Source: Hyphochytrium catenoides
Lineage: Eukaryota > Protista > Hyphochytriomycota
DNA: 64,000 bases
Direction: 5' to 3'
Assembly (NCBI GenBank): GCA_900088475.1
Contig: FLMG01001956.1
Location: forward strand, 124,001-188,000
Part shown: positions 1 through 11,921 of the stretch, piece after piece
Numbering within the stretch: position 1 is the first letter of the stretch
Layout of the letters: every line of letters begins with the position of its first letter
Position numbers and translations under genes: made by a program
The notes under the pieces: model-generated
The model's input: the letters and a program-made list of their open reading frames with translations, nothing else
Told to the model about the DNA's origin: nothing
The model's database searches: none

Positions 1-47
1 CTATCATTTCGGATGGAAAGGACTGGCTCTGAACCCTGCACCTTAGG

Positions 48-732
48 CTATGGATTAGCCTCAACATCCCGAAGATCGAGGATGGTAACAACTTTGGTGT
101 GGGCGTTCAGGTGAGCCATTTTCATACCAGACGGGTCCTACTTCCCTATAAGGTAACTTAGCTTAACCATACTGATAATAACTGAAAGGAAGAGATTCTT
201 GCGACGCTGAACAGCGGCAGGAGTTCAGGATTGGCGGTTTTGGAGGTGATAAGCGGATACTTTCTTAAGAGGGGGAAACTGGTAACACTGGTAAGAGAGA
301 TCTCTTTACTTCAATTCTCAGGGATTTTTTCCTTTCCTTTCTATCTAAGCGATTTCTTCTGATGGCGATCTCTTCTGATGTCGACCTTGGGGCGTGCTTA
401 TTCACACTCTCTGAGATTTGTTGTCTGTTCAGCTCCGACGCTTGTTGCAAAGTGTTTAAGTTCTTTCTGCAGAGTGTGAAGCATCCGCAGGTAGAAGATT
501 ATCGGCGCAGTATCGTTGAATTGGACGAGAAGCAGTGAGTTAAACCGCCCGTGTGCGTGCCTCCATACTTATACAACTTTTGCTTATAACGCTCGCCTTT
601 AGGTTCTTATCAATAGTCCAGAGCTGTATGGATCTCAGAAACAACTATTCCCTCTTGCACGACAAGATGCTCAAGAACATGGAGAAGCTTAGTAACCCGA
701 AGAATCCCTCTGGGTCTCTGTATATGTCTTAA
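48..732 (+). CDS. PSME3: Proteasome activator PA28 (REG/PSME3-like), last four exons; 5' end lies outside the window
   Basis: Spliced translation LWISLNIPKIEDGNNFGVGVQ-EEIL...-SVKHPQVEDYRRSIVELDEK-...DLRNNYSLLHDKMLKNMEKLSNPK...MS*. IPKIEDGNNFGV is the PA28 activation loop. GT-AG introns; TAA at 730-732. Missed by the ORF track. Confidence 0.95.
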
Positions 733-871
733 GCAGTAACAGGAGCGGAGGTCTCCACCTGGCACTTGTTAGTGCGGCTGTAAATAACCTATTTTAAGAA
801 CGGCGATGATCTTGTACGGGGGAACAGGACTAGTTGGATGGAGGTTATGGCACTTGTATCCACCCTGTGAG

Positions 872-3800
872 CTAAAGCTCTGGGAGAAGTTGAATCACTT
901 CCTCGGTTAAGCGGTCGACGCTAGCAGTGCCTAGTGAGTAGATTAGCAAGTAAGGCGTCGACGGATCGGAATGAGTCTGTTCAAGTCTGTTACCTCCTCG
1001 GCATCGATTTAAAATCGGTAGAGCGGTGAAGTAGGGCGGATTGGACCGCGGGGCGCGAGGTCTTCTCTTCTGCCCTAAGGGCATTTCGTGCTTGTTGAGC
1101 TTGGCGACAACTAAAGTCCTGAAGGGAGATATCGGGATTGCCTACGCATCAGAGACAACGGGTTAAAAAATTCAGCATGAGCGAGCAGTCAAGAAGCAAG
1201 ATATTCATACATCCACCACGGTTAAAAGCTCCACGTTTGACAGCGACGACCATTCTTTTACTAATATCTCCTGAAAGTCGACGAGTTCAATCGTTTCAGG
1301 GGGGATAGCAGATACGACCAAGCTCAGGAAGAAGCCCAGTCCCTTGATGAGCTTGATGTGGATAGGATGGACCCTTCCGACGTTAATCTGCACCACCAGA
1401 ATGCGGACGGCTCTCTCAGCAGTCTTTAAGCTTTCTCGAATGGGGCTGGAGGAGAAGGACAGTAGTTCCTGGTGTGCCATATGGTAAGACACTGAAAGGC
1501 TTAAGCTTGCATCAGCACTAGACATACCTCTAGCATTCGCCCACGTGATCCGAACTTATTGGGCGAATGGGACATTTGCTCTGTGGGTCTGCAATCTAGG
1601 GCTAGGGCATGCAGGTAAAAGAGGGCAGCATATATGCTTCTATCGCCGTGGTCAATAATGTGAGGTGATTGGCTTATCTCAACTTCCGTCTCACCTGTAG
1701 TCCCCTGCGTCTTTTTCAAGAGCCTTATACGTCAGAATAGAATGGAAGTAAGGGTTACGTCAGCGCGATAACTCCTCTACTATTGATAAGTTCGGTTTCT
1801 ACATCACCTCCAGAGCTTCATCTAACGCCGCCCAGCTCATGTCCATACCATCCAGGACTGCGTCAGCGTTGTGAACGGCTTCAATGTATTGCAAGAAGAA
1901 GTCATAGGCCTTTCTTGGGGTCTCAGCGTCTTCAGACTCTGTCACCAGCTTCCATAGTGACCTAAATATAAAGCTAGGCACACAGAATATCAGAGACGTG
2001 TTTGGTCATCATTCACTTATGCAGACGAACCTAGGTGGTGACCATCGGTGTAGCCGGCACGAGGCTACCATAGCGGAGAGTAAGCTGATGCCCTCGGCGC
2101 TAAAGTCATCAGGATCGACATAGTTCTGAACCGCACTCTCCATGAAGAAGCCCTTATAATGAACCACAAGTTATGCTCCCTCCTTGGATGGCGATAAAGT
2201 GACCGACTTACCATGGCGGGCGGCATGGATGCAATCTCAGTCGCATCCCTACTCCTCCTATAAACGTTGCAGGATTCTCTCTTACTGGCCTTGTTCTTCC
2301 TCCCAGACTCTAGTCAGAAAATACTTTAGTCCGCTAGTGGCATGAGAATTGCTTAGCTACGAATTTACCAGGTTTGAAGGGGCTAGAGATCGGCTTTCCA
2401 GTTATGAGAGGTACCGGGGACTCCCGGGATTCCACGTTGTGATCTGTGGGTCTATTTTCCTTATCCTCAACCATAAGGGAAACATGTGTCTCCTCCTGGG
2501 CACGACCAAATCTTCGTCGTCGCCCTTCCCCTGCCTTTAGAATTTTAGGAGAACTGTTTGCCTCCCCTTCAGTATTTTTGACAGTTGATCGTCTATTGGG
2601 AGCAACAGCTGGAGGTGAATATAACTCCCGGCGTTGTCTTTTCCTGGACTCTGTAGCCTCCAGCCTCATAGTTTGAAGCTCGGCCAGCGGGACTCTGTAA
2701 GCAAATCCACGACTAAGGATGTATTGAACATCGCAAGACGCATCTACAATCACAGAGCGGGGTTAACAGAAGCCCTCTCTGCTGTCTAGACTTTCCAAAT
2801 GGTTACCTTCTCCATGAAACCGTATTATTTTAGCAGCCCCTTTCAATCGCCGGGTCCCTTTGGTATCTGGAACTTCGACAATATCATCGAGTTTGAAACC
2901 TCCCAAGACATCAATCCTTTCACTGAGACTTCCCGCTTTGATTTGACCTACTTTCAGCACTGAACCTGCTGTAACGGGAACTGTCGTCTGAGGTGAAGGG
3001 GTAGTTTCACAATTTCCTTCCTCTGCCTTCCGCTGGATCTGGCCTACGTTCTTGTCCTTCAGGCTGCTCTCTCCTTCAGGTGCGTCTGATTTCTCATCGG
3101 CCTCTCTCTCTGGCGCTTTCGACATATGCTGGTCATCATTACCTTTACCATTTTGATGACACACTATTCGTGCGATGGCCTCATACGAAGTTGTTCGCGG
3201 TTCACTACCGTGTACAGGCGTCGGTAAGTCGCTTACACCGCAGTTCAATGCATCCATCCTATGGCTTTCGGCATCAGTAGAGGTGATGGGTTCAACCTCC
3301 AATGCCAATGAGCTCTGACAATTCGAACTGTCTGCCTCCTTGAGTGGCTCTTCTCGCTTGAGAGAACTGTTAGGGCTGAGGCTCTTGTCCCCGCGAACAG
3401 GGCTGTCTTGAAACGTCAGGTTACGAACTGGGCTTTCTTCCTTCTCCTGGTTGTCCTTAATGCAGGACAATGTCGCTGACGTTGGAGCGGCTGCCCTTTT
3501 AGCTTCGTCTTTGGTAACAGTGGCATTATGAAGTCCGTACTTCTCCTCTCCTAGAAGTGGCTGTGGGCTGAGAAGCGATGGGGTAGAGCCCGTGGCGACG
3601 AAGCTAGGTTTTGGGTGCGATAATTTGGCAGGGCTCCTTTGTGCCAGTTCATGGGACGATTCTGTGCTCGAACCTTTGTTTGAGCGACTTTCATCTCCAT
3701 CAACAAGGTCGATAACAGGGACCGCGCCTTTTGACTCCGGCGTACGGAGAAATGCTGGATGCCTAGCTGAGCGAGATCCCCGTCTCCTTTGTTTGGGGTC

Positions 3801-4125
3801 TATCATGACCTCCTTTGTCTTGGATTCATCAGTGTTGGAGCCTCCCGTAAAAAAGGAGCGGATATCTCTAAATCTCAGCATCCTTCCGTTCGTGAAATTC
3901 CTCTGATGCCGGTGGAGCTGGGCGGTTGCAGCTCCTTTCTTGGTAAGTTCAGCTATACTGCGACTACTTCGAAGCTCGTTTTGGCTTCAAATATCCTGGG
4001 GCCCGGCGCCCTGCAGTCTCAAAAGTCGAAGTGAGAGACTTCTCCTCTTCTGGGCGACAATGGTTAGAGTAAGGAAAGCTGGTAGAGCTAGTACAAGTAG
4101 TCAGACTTCCTTCTGTTGCCGCCAT
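872..4125 (-). CDS. Multi-exon protein: disordered N-terminus with PIP-like and SUMO-interacting motifs, Tudor/SH3-like domain, C-terminal helical domain resembling Nse5/SIMC1
   Basis: ORFs 3964-4206, 2763-3881, 2334-2753, 1799-1981, 1501-1719, 1205-1525 and 872-1084 lie on one strand, and the junctions traced join through GT-AG introns. Motifs: KDIRSFF, VPVIDLVDGDE, FKLDDIVEV...AKIIRFHGEDASCDVQYIL. The gene is well supported; the product is an inference. Confidence 0.6.
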
Positions 4126-4998
4126 CACAGTATCACAGGGCAGAATGTGCCCGATAACAAAGAATCCTGTTGTTCGTAATTTTGGATTGACCGCTTTTCC
4201 CGCCAAGGTCAGCTCAAGATTGAGACCTCCCCCGGGAGAGAGGTGAAGGGGGTGCTGTTCGTACTCGTAGTACCTCGCTGTCTGTGCGATAACCTACCAC
4301 GTCTTGTCATACTGTACAGTAAATGAAAAAACTCTTCACTTGTTCTCTGATTTAGGATAGAGAGCATAAGGCTGTAATAGTTCCGAATCCGTCACATTCG
4401 TGCCTAAATCCGAATGGGCAGCCGTAGGCTTGAAACCCCCCATCCCTTTGACCCCTCTCTCCTCCCCATCACGCCCTTCCCATCAGATCAGTTCGCCCTA
4501 CAGTAGTTCTAGGACAGTTCTTATTGCACCGCGAGCAGGAGCTCAAGTGACTGACTGACTGAAGGGGAAGCTGCAGCGCTTGGCGCCACACCGCCATAGC
4601 CATGGGGAGATGATGACGGCGAAAGGGGAAGAGATCGGAAAAGACGATCAAATGACGGCAGCTACGTACCGTATCTTGGAGCCACAGCGACGGGGTGGAT
4701 GTCTGCGGATGCCTTGAAGACAAAGTGGTTGGCCGCAAATAGAGAGCAGTTGCCTAGACGCACGACGACCGAGCATCAAGTGGGAGCGTGCAGTTTACGG
4801 ACTGAGCTTTCCATCTCTTGGACTCCTACGGCACAGGAGTAATTGACCTTGGGTTATTGAAGTATTTTCCTGAATATGAGCGCCGATCTCCTTGCCAAGC
4901 ACCCCCCAATAAGCTCCTCCGACCTGGTGCGGAAAGCTTCAGGGTCAGGCTTGCAGTCAGTCCTTCACTCTTCCACCGTGCAATCTCCGAGGAAACGG

Positions 4999-7919
4999 AT
5001 GCGGGTGAAGTTTGACGATCCGAAAGATCTAAGTACATTCACGGGTGCTGTAGACGATGATCATTCGCTAATTCCAGGTGAATATATAGTACTTCCTGCT
5101 AAATCACTACGAACTGGTCAAACATTTAACTTCCACTCGGCACGGTTGATTCTTCACTTACAGGCCCAACCTTTCTGCACACGTTTGCCGAGTACCTTAG
5201 ACATCATTGGAAGCTTTTGGGCGATGAGGAGCTTATAATTCGCATGAGCTCTCAGTGCCTTTCCTACCTAGAGGTCCAGCTTCGCGCACATTATGAGCCC
5301 AGACCCGAGCAAAACGGCGCCATAAGCAGCTGGAAGTGCCGTGCAAGTGCGGACACGGAGTCAGGCCTTTCAAATATGACGCGACAGGCTTTGGCAAGAG
5401 TAGCGGAGGATCTTCCTAGGATCACGAAGCTCAACATTATTAGCTATGGGGAAGCGGTCAATGTCAACCTTCTCCTCTTCCCAAGGCTCACCATGTTAAG
5501 AGTAAGCCTCTATTATTTAGTGCCATATAGCTGCTGCTCCTCCACTATCGCGACTTTCAGTCGTCAAGACTAATCCACCTCTGCACTTCCCTATGGTGAA
5601 AGGTGGAACGCTTTCCGGTCCAGTTGGTTAAGGATCTCAAAGCCTTTCGGGAGACGCTCGAAGTGCTTGAATTTGAGGGAAAGAACTTAGCAGACCTCGA
5701 AGAGATTCTAGGCCCAAGATTGGGAGGGCTCCCTCCTAAACGTAGGACCAACATGTGGTCAGCCCTTAGGGTTCTCAAAATCAACGGCTGCAGTCTGCCT
5801 TATGTTGATGACAGCTTCCACAACCTATCAGCGCTTCAACAGCTCGACCTGTCCAGAAACGCACTCAAGAAGGTTGAGACTCCTTTGCCCCTGTTCTTGA
5901 AAACAGTGGTGATTCTCAACTTATCTCACAACCAGCTGGAATCAGTGCAAGGCCTAATACTGGCTGCCAGGGCAAACTCACTGGCAAGCCTGAAAAGCCT
6001 CAATCTGTCACATAACAAACTCACTTCCGGAGGCGGGCTTGATGCAATCTGTTCTCTCAAAGACCTCAATCTTGCCCACAATCTTATCAAAGACGTAAGA
6101 ATGGTGCTAATTCTAGCCAACCTGCGAAAACTTGAGTCGTTGGAAGTCATCGGGAACCCTATGGCTAAACAGCAGTCATTAATGTATCGGAAAGAACTAC
6201 TCTGTTACCTCTCTCCCGACGTCCTGGTTGATCACAAGCCATGGACATGTGAGGAGCTCGAATACTACGAGCGGGAGACGGGCATTACCTTTGATGATGA
6301 AGAGAAGCGTTTCGTTATCAGGGAAAAGGCAACGGGACCCATGGCACTAAATGACATGCACACGAGCGGCAAAAGAGTAACTGATCGTCGAAGCCTGGGA
6401 ATGCAAGTGATGTGCGGTGTGGCACAGCTTAAAGAGTTCCTGTTTTCCTTCCTACTTGGGTTTGGTCTTACACGGCTGTATCTCTACTGCTTAACATCAA
6501 ACCCTACACCTGCTTGGAAGGACACTCTCGGCATTCAATCATCTTACCACCAACTGCTAGAACTGCTCATTGGTATTTGGCTAGTTCAGATGAGCTCGAG
6601 GACCCTTCGCTTTCCTCGTCCTATCCTTTACAGCCGACTTATGATGTTACTGGCTGGCGTAATTCTGTGTGTGCTTATTTTTCTCTGTATTGGTAGTGTC
6701 TTCGCGTCGGTAATGGAGTCCCCGATGATCGAGGCCTACTTATCACTTTATAAAAGCATCGTGAGCGGGAGGTCGATGCTGCTCCTTTCCATCCTCTCTT
6801 GCTCTCTTCTTAAACTTTCCTCCGGGCAAGCACGATCTCGGACCATCAAGGCAACGGTTGGAGAGAGTAAGTCTCTCACAATCAACACAGCACGCACTCA
6901 ACGAAACCAAGAGGATTCAGCAGCAAAGACTGCAAAAGACGACGATCTGCTCTCGCCCACCAACTCCAAGGTCTTAGCTTCGCTTTGCCAGAGCCGTGAC
7001 AGCCTCTCATCCGAGATCCCTACGGTCAACGAGGACGAAGAAGAGGGAGAAATCAAACGATTTGACATGGACCACCTGAGGGAGTTACTGCTCGCTATTA
7101 CGCGAAACCTCGAAAACGTTGACATCAAACTGTACGTGGAGGTCTGCAAAGAGATAATCCTGTTGTTTGGCATATTGGGAGTCGCGCTACGGTTCGCATC
7201 GGATTCCCTCCAGGAATATGTGGGGATTCTTGAGGAGAAGGTGGAACAAACGGATGAGAGAGACTCCGCCCCTTCAATCCATTATACTAGCGTCCAGCAG
7301 CTAATTGACAAGGAGATTAGGGACAATACTCATAATGCCGGAAAGAAGAATCCCTCTATTGCCCGGACCTGCCTCCGACTTCTATGGTTTCTTGACTTTG
7401 TGTCTACCTTGGTCAAGTAAGTATATCGTCATCCCCTTTATGAAGTTTCAGTGCTTTCCAGACTGTATGCCCTCCATCTGCCTGGCTCTGCGATGAACGT
7501 GTTTCTAGTTTGTGCGAGTTTTACAAGGTGGACGCTTTTCCCACCTAGAGAAACTTTTCTCTTGCTTTTGTTTTGTCTCACGCGCCGGTATCTTTATTCT
7601 CTGCATTCGCGACCGTAGATATCTCACCGGAGAGGAAAGCGCGGACCTCGAGCTCGGAGAATGCGCTTCAAGAGCCTACCAAGAAACGCTTTCCCCCCGT
7701 CATCCCTGGGTGTTGAGAAAGATTGTTAGCAATGCCCTTTCACTCTCTCCAAAGAAAGAATCGTTCTTACTAGCTCTCGGTGTGTGCGATAGAGCAAGCA
7801 ATGAGCCTTCACAAGATGCAGCCATCGCGGCCTTCAAAGCCACTAACCAACTGGCTGAAAAGCTTAGGACAGCACTATGGAAGTACTACGAGGACAACGG
7901 CATCACCGAGCTGAAGTAG
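4999..7919 (+). CDS. STK11IP/LIP1-like leucine-rich-repeat protein fused via 3-4 hydrophobic helices to a C-terminal GLTP-fold (CPTP/ACD11-like) domain
   Basis: Exons 4999-5077, 5164-5501, 5603-7416, 7619-7919. LRRs (LQQLDLSRNAL, LNLSHNQL, LKSLNLSHNKL, LKDLNLAHNLI) end in an LRR cap (GNPM..YRKELL). GLTP motifs: SIARTCLRLLWFLDF and AYQETLSPRHPWVLRKIV. Confidence 0.85.
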
Positions 7920-8224
7920 AGCAATGGAGGGATTGTGCAGGGGGAAGCAAGAAGCCTGAAATAGACAAGTGCCTATATATGTTCTGGCATTTGTTCCAGA
8001 CAAGAGGCAGACAATACTTAGAAAGCAACAAGCGTTCCAATGTCTTTATGAAGGTTTAGCACGAATCAATACACTATTATGAGAAATGCCGGATGTCTTG
8101 CAGACTCAATCTTATGGCATAGTGGAAATTGAAGAGGAGATTGTGCTTGAAAGTTCCTTCGTCCCTCTCCTCTAGCCAACTCCCAAACCTGCTATCATGA
8201 GCTCAGAAAGTAGGCCACAACTTC

Positions 8225-10987
8225 CTATTTCTGTAAGAACTGCTTGGTAAAGGTATCGGCGTCTATCAGATCAAACTTATGCCCCATTATTACCACTGTA
8301 GAGCCCACATTCAGCATGTCAGCGGAGAAAAATCGTCCATCGGTTGCCTTATACCTCCCCCGCTCCAGGAACTTTCCTCCTACGAAGCCAGAGTTGCGAA
8401 CCTCAGGCTCGTACACACCCAAAGTATCGTCCGCAGGATAGAAGGCAACGATGAAATTCCGGCCCTTGTTCTCTGGACGCGTAGACTGGAGCTGAGCAGA
8501 AAAACGAAGGACTTTCCCTGAAGAAAAGGACCCATATTAGTACGTGGCAAGGACTTTTAAGGAATTAGGGTGAAGACAACCTCAGCAGAGAAGACATACT
8601 CAGAGAGACATAATGGAAGCGTGACCGACAGTTCGGGAGGATTTACAAGTAGGCACTTCGTGCAATGGAACAGCCTCTTTCTCCCTGCTAACTGCCTTCT
8701 ACTTACCTTCGAAATCTCTGGCCTTCCGTGCATCCTTCTTGGGCTGCTTAGGGATAAGAGAATAACAGTTGCCCAGAGAATCTTCCTCACTACCGATGCC
8801 ATTGTGGGGAGGAGGAGCAGGCTTGGGAAGTGCATGTTCCTCAAAAGAACTGTACATGGCTGGCTCCAGCTCTACATTGAGCTCCTCCCTGTAGTATCGC
8901 CGGGTGAACTGGTCCGCGTCCACCAGCTTGAGTGGTCGGTTATACAAACTTAGGAAAGCGCCTAGAGGACCATAGTTTAGCTTTTGCCTTTCTTTTCTAA
9001 AATCTCTCCTCTCCTCTGCCCATAAGTTGCATCCCAGGGAGCTTTCACCACCTGCCTTGCTGAAAAGTAGACGATGCTACTTGCTTTACGTCTAACGAAA
9101 GGGGTCTTCTATGCCAAGAGATTTTCCCTCTCTCGTTCAAGATCAAAGTATACTTACCGACACGGAGGTCCTGAGGTCCCAAATAGGTCTCATTCTTATC
9201 TTTCGTTGCTTCGCTGGGGTCAAGACCGCCGGGCATTCGGACAAAGTTCGACTGGTCGCGCTTCAGCTTCTGCTTCTTTAACATGAGTGGATATGGGTTC
9301 TTGCCGGAATTAGGGCCGTAGTTCTCCTTAATCTCAAAGCAGCCATCTACGCGTTCAGAACCGAAGAGCATTAGGGAAACTAGGAAGAAAGGCTGTACCG
9401 GTTAACGGGATATGCGTCTGAGGTATCGCGTAGAGAAGACTAGAAGGAGGTTGCTCAGAAGAAAACCGTGAGTCGGCACGTGCTTACCCGCAAGATAGTG
9501 GTTAACTGTATAGTGGATAAGTTCTCCCCCAACCATGTGCCTTGTGTCATACTCTGCCTCAAAGGATAACACTTTCCCAGCATTCTGCAAGAACTGCTTA
9601 GCGCTTGCATTTTGGGACTGTGCCGAATTCCCCATCTCGGCCTCGACATACTGCTTGATCTGTCTATTAATAGGATTGGTGGAAACATCCCTTCCGGATC
9701 TGGCCATGACCTTCTCACGTCGCTAAGAGAGCATTGAGTCGCAATAAGGGGAAAGGATATTTAGTGCGTGCAGAAAAGTGATTTGGTTGAGACAATGTAA
9801 CAGGAGAGTCACATAGATGGAGGGTTGGCAGCAATGGCGAGCTCACTACAATGAGACTGGAAGCAAGGATAAATATAAAGAGGAAGAGAGCACAACAGAG
9901 AAGCAGTATCCTCAAAGGCGGGGCTATCGAAGGCCTACAACTCATCCCACGAGACTTACCTTAGTATAACCATCAGAGGGCGCATCCTCACTGGGAGCTA
10001 GGGTGATGCCCTTCTCAGCGTAGAAGTTTCTGGTGAACTCGTCTGCATCGTACACACGGAATGATCGGCCGTAGATGACGAGGTTTGTCGCGACAGAGAG
10101 GTCATTCCAAGTCCAAGATGCTGAAGTCTGGCCCTCTTCAGTAGGCTTTTGCAGTGTCATTCTTTTCAAGAATTTCCCTTGAGGCATACCGCTATCGCGT
10201 GACTTGGTCTCTTGAATCTCTATGGTGTCATCCTGCGACAACGCGAAGAGAACCGTTGTGAGACGTGAGAGAGTTGGGCAAGAGGAAGATCAAACAGATA
10301 AGAGGCGCTTGAGAGCGAGTCTCTAGATCTTTCAGGTCAGTTCTTCTTGCCAAACGCACCTCAAGATAGTAGAGAATGACCACGCGACGGATGCGAAATT
10401 CCTCCTGAGGACTCTCCGGCACAGCTTCTTCAAAGTATCCGTAGAACCGCAACACCTGGAGAATGTCCGTGCGGATGGCAAGCAAAGGAGGCTACGGTTA
10501 GATTTGACACGCTGGTGGTCCGGAGTTGACGAAGCGTAAATAAAGAGAATGGGAGACCAGTCGCAAAGATTGAGAATCTCAGTAGTAGCTAAGCTTTCTC
10601 TACCTGCTTGTCATACTTCAAGAAGGGCGCATTTCTCACGGGAGATGCCGGTTGCGCAGCTACATTCTTAGGAGAGGAAGTGCTTTGATAGGTTGACAAG
10701 AACCTGTCCTTGTCAGGTTGAGCTGTGAAGGAAGTGTTAGCCCCGACAAAAAGCAAAATGAGGTAAGCCTTGTTCCCACCTCCGTTCCCAATGATTCTCG
10801 GGCTGAGCTCAGTGACGGAAGAGTCCAGCCGCACCCCACTGACTAGCTGTAGACCCTTCTTTCTTGGTGAGGGATGATTGCTAGGAGAGTATTTTGAGGT
10901 AAGCCGACCAGAGCCACATATTAAGGTACCTAGAATTTTAGGGGCCTACCGTGATGGCACGAGGCCTGGAAGCTTGGGAATCTCCAT
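8225..10987 (-). CDS. RIB72: RIB72/EFHC-family axonemal microtubule inner protein with three DM10 domains
   Basis: MEIPKLPG start; [72 protein letters not shown]. Multi-exon. Confidence 0.93.
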
Positions 10988-11921
10988 TAGATAAGCTTTA
11001 GCTGCTTCAAAGGTATCTGTCGACTCCAAGTGGGTTCCTAGGTCTCCACGAGGGCAATATCTGACTTGAAATGAGGGCTGCCAAAACTCAATTGCAACGT
11101 TCGTAAAGCTTCTAACAAAGCTCTGTTGATAGTCAAAGCCCACAGCGAGGCGCGAGGATGGGCAGTAGCAGCTCTAACGAGGGAAGACAGCACATTGGCG
11201 AGGACGAGGACCTTCAGACCCAGTGCTCTCCGGTCGGAACTCAATAGAGTTAGGAAGTATCGCCTGCAGTGCCAAAGCAGCATTCGAGGTCGGGCCGTTA
11301 CAACCATGTCCGAGGGGTCTTCTGGTAGACACCCTTTTTGTTTTAGGATGAAATGGGCCTTTATTTTTGTGCAATATCCAATGTAGAGGAAAGGAGATGA
11401 TGAGAAAAAGAGGGAGGAAGAGAGAAAGGGAGAAGGAGAAGAAGAGGAAGAGTCTCCTCCCCTCCTCTGCTCTCTCTGATACAAGTAAGAGTGATACCAT
11501 CTGGTAGAACTTATTCTTTTATGAGCAGAGAATAAATAGTGGAGTGGCTATTGGGTTATTCCCGTGTCCGTTCGCTTCTTCACCAACCAGAGTGCGGAAC
11601 CATCTCAGGTCCTCTTTTCCCATTCCCCTGTCCCACTAAAGGCCCAGCAACAGACAGAGGGGAAGGATAGTTGGAAGAGTACAAAAGATATAAGGATCCG
11701 TGGCGGTGACGTGGCGTGTTAGAGATAGAGGAAGAGCGGAGAAGGTAGGCTACATAGATAAGAGTATGGGATGTAATGGGTCACGACGAGGGGCCCGCCT
11801 ATCGTGTGGCAGTCTGCACGGCCACGGAGAATGCTTCCCCAGGAGCTAAACAAGTTTGCTTTGCTTGGCGTCTCGGGGCGCTCTATAGATATGGGGAGAA
11901 AGAAATAGGTGCACTCTTGGT

